A stretch of 64,000 nt of DNA from Candidatus Latescibacterota bacterium. GTDB taxonomy: Bacteria; Latescibacterota; UBA2968; GCA-2709665. Below are positions 62,737 through 64,000 of this stretch, piece by piece. The translations under genes and the position numbers were made by a program. The DNA is taken from assembly GCA_963662665.2 (NCBI GenBank), contig CAXXJS010000040.1, positions 192,001 through 256,000 of the forward strand. Reading direction: 5' to 3'. Each line of letters begins with the position of its first letter. The first letter of the stretch is position 1. The notes under the pieces were generated by a model. The model was not told the DNA's origin, did no database searches, and was given only the letters and a program-made list of their open reading frames with translations.

Positions 62737-63089
62737 GGCCGATTCACTCAACTGCTGGCGCGGGCGGGCACGATCGGCCGATATGGAGGAACTGATTACG
62801 CATTGGGCGAACGTATAGTCGGATCGGGCCCGACCTTCAGGGCTCGAAGAATCGTATTTCCCCAACATCCGTGAACTTACATCATAATTCCCTCCATAAT
62901 ACCTATTTGCCGTAGCATCCTGCAACACATTCGTTGACTTCGAAACTGCGATGCGGGAATGCCGACGGACGTGGACGGCGACGCGGAATGATCGATGGGT
63001 AGCGGACATATCTCCTCGGACGACATTTCTTCGGCAAGCCAGAATCGCAAACGACGTCTCTGGCGGAAATTCCCGTTCAATTCTCGCCT

Positions 63090-63944
63090 TCAGACCGGTT
63101 CCCGGTCAGCTGGCGCCTCGTCCTGATCCGGATGAGCGCGGTGTTCGTGCGAGGCCCCTTCGCGTTTTACCATCTGATTGAACCACCACAATCCTGTGAC
63201 GGCCAGGACGATACCACTTGCAAACAGCCACCACGGGAGAAACACCGGAACATCCCAATTCTCCAATGGTCCGAATAATTCCAGACGTGCTGACGTCATC
63301 GACAGAAAATTGTTCAGCGCGTGACCGAACAACGCGGGCAGCAAGGAACCTGTCTGTACGACCCACCAGGCAAATACAATACCCAATAACAGGGCTGCCG
63401 GAAATTGCCAGGGATTCATGTGTAGCACACCGAACAATACCGCCGACCAAAATATGCCACCACCCTGAGTACGGTGTGTCAACAGGCCGCCGAGAATCAC
63501 ACCTCTGCAGAAAACCTCCTCAGTAAGCGGCGCTTGAATGACCAGGACATAAAACGCAAAGGCATAGGGTGTGCCACGCCCCATCAGATCGCGAAATAAA
63601 TCGAGCATTGCCTCGGAAATCGGAATCAGGTACTGAGTGAAGTTCCCAATGTTGAAATTAACGACGACCAAGCCGATAATGGATAGGGTAACAGGCAGAC
63701 ACATTTTCCAGGGAACGGTCCTGAACAGTACGACTTGCGACAGGGACCGACCGGATCGACGTTGAGCGTACAACACGAACAGCGCGAAAACGGGTAGATT
63801 TGCAACCCAACCCATATAATTGAGAAGTCTCCCAGGTTGCCCCGGGACAGCACCAAGGTGATAGAACACCAGCCCCAATGCGAACGTGACAAGCGGGACC
63901 AGGATCACCAGACAAACGGATTGCTTCAGATTCGGATACACCAT
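63090..63944 (-). CDS. CPBP (CAAX) family intramembrane metalloprotease
   Basis: APLTEEVFCRG, FGVLH and HALNN; GGGAGG RBS. Confidence 0.92.
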   Translation of the reverse strand: MVYPNLKQSVCLVILVPLVTFALGLVFYHLGAVPGQPGRLLNYMGWVANLPVFALFVLYAQRRSGRSLSQVVLFRTVPWKMCLPVTLSIIGLVVVNFNIGNFTQYLIPISEAMLDLFRDLMGRGTPYAFAFYVLVIQAPLTEEVFCRGVILGGLLTHRTQGGGIFWSAVLFGVLHMNPWQFPAALLLGIVFAWWVVQTGSLLPALFGHALNNFLSMTSARLELFGPLENWDVPVFLPWWLFASGIVLAVTGLWWFNQMVKREGASHEHRAHPDQDEAPADREPV

Positions 63945-64000
63945 GTAATCCCTCCCATTTGGACGAGGCAATAGCGGCAAACGGAACGAGCCGGATCCAC

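Overview
GC-rich bacterial chromosomal window. The gene content (GWxTD protein, DUF4159/DUF4175/MoxR/DUF58 cluster, LptD, giant Calx-beta-like autotransporter) suggests a diderm FCB-group organism such as Latescibacterota or Gemmatimonadota, possibly host-associated; this is inference. From left to right: an argB(partial)-argD-argG-argH operon ending in a primase-fold-like gene; small housekeeping genes; a ~2700-aa repeat adhesin/autotransporter; a GWxTD protein; a lyase-like protein; and a lower-GC defence islet. In the islet, an RloC-like (AAA_13 ATPase-zinc hook-HEPN) gene is cut into four pieces by two IS3-family elements and one IS1380-family element, and it reassembles exactly in frame. 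An intact Abi-like gene follows it. Next is a long minus-strand run, in transcription order: lptD, dtd, maf, rodZ-like, priA, flippase, Cys-cluster protein, DUF4159, DUF4175, TPR, GATase-like, moxR, DUF58, oxidoreductase, SulP. The window ends with tRNA-Leu(TAG), a MITE, lysA, a beta-propeller, glutamate-mutase S and L genes with no E subunit, a DegT-type aminotransferase and a CPBP protease. Three single-base frameshifts look like run-length sequencing errors. All family calls come from motif recognition by eye; no database search was run.
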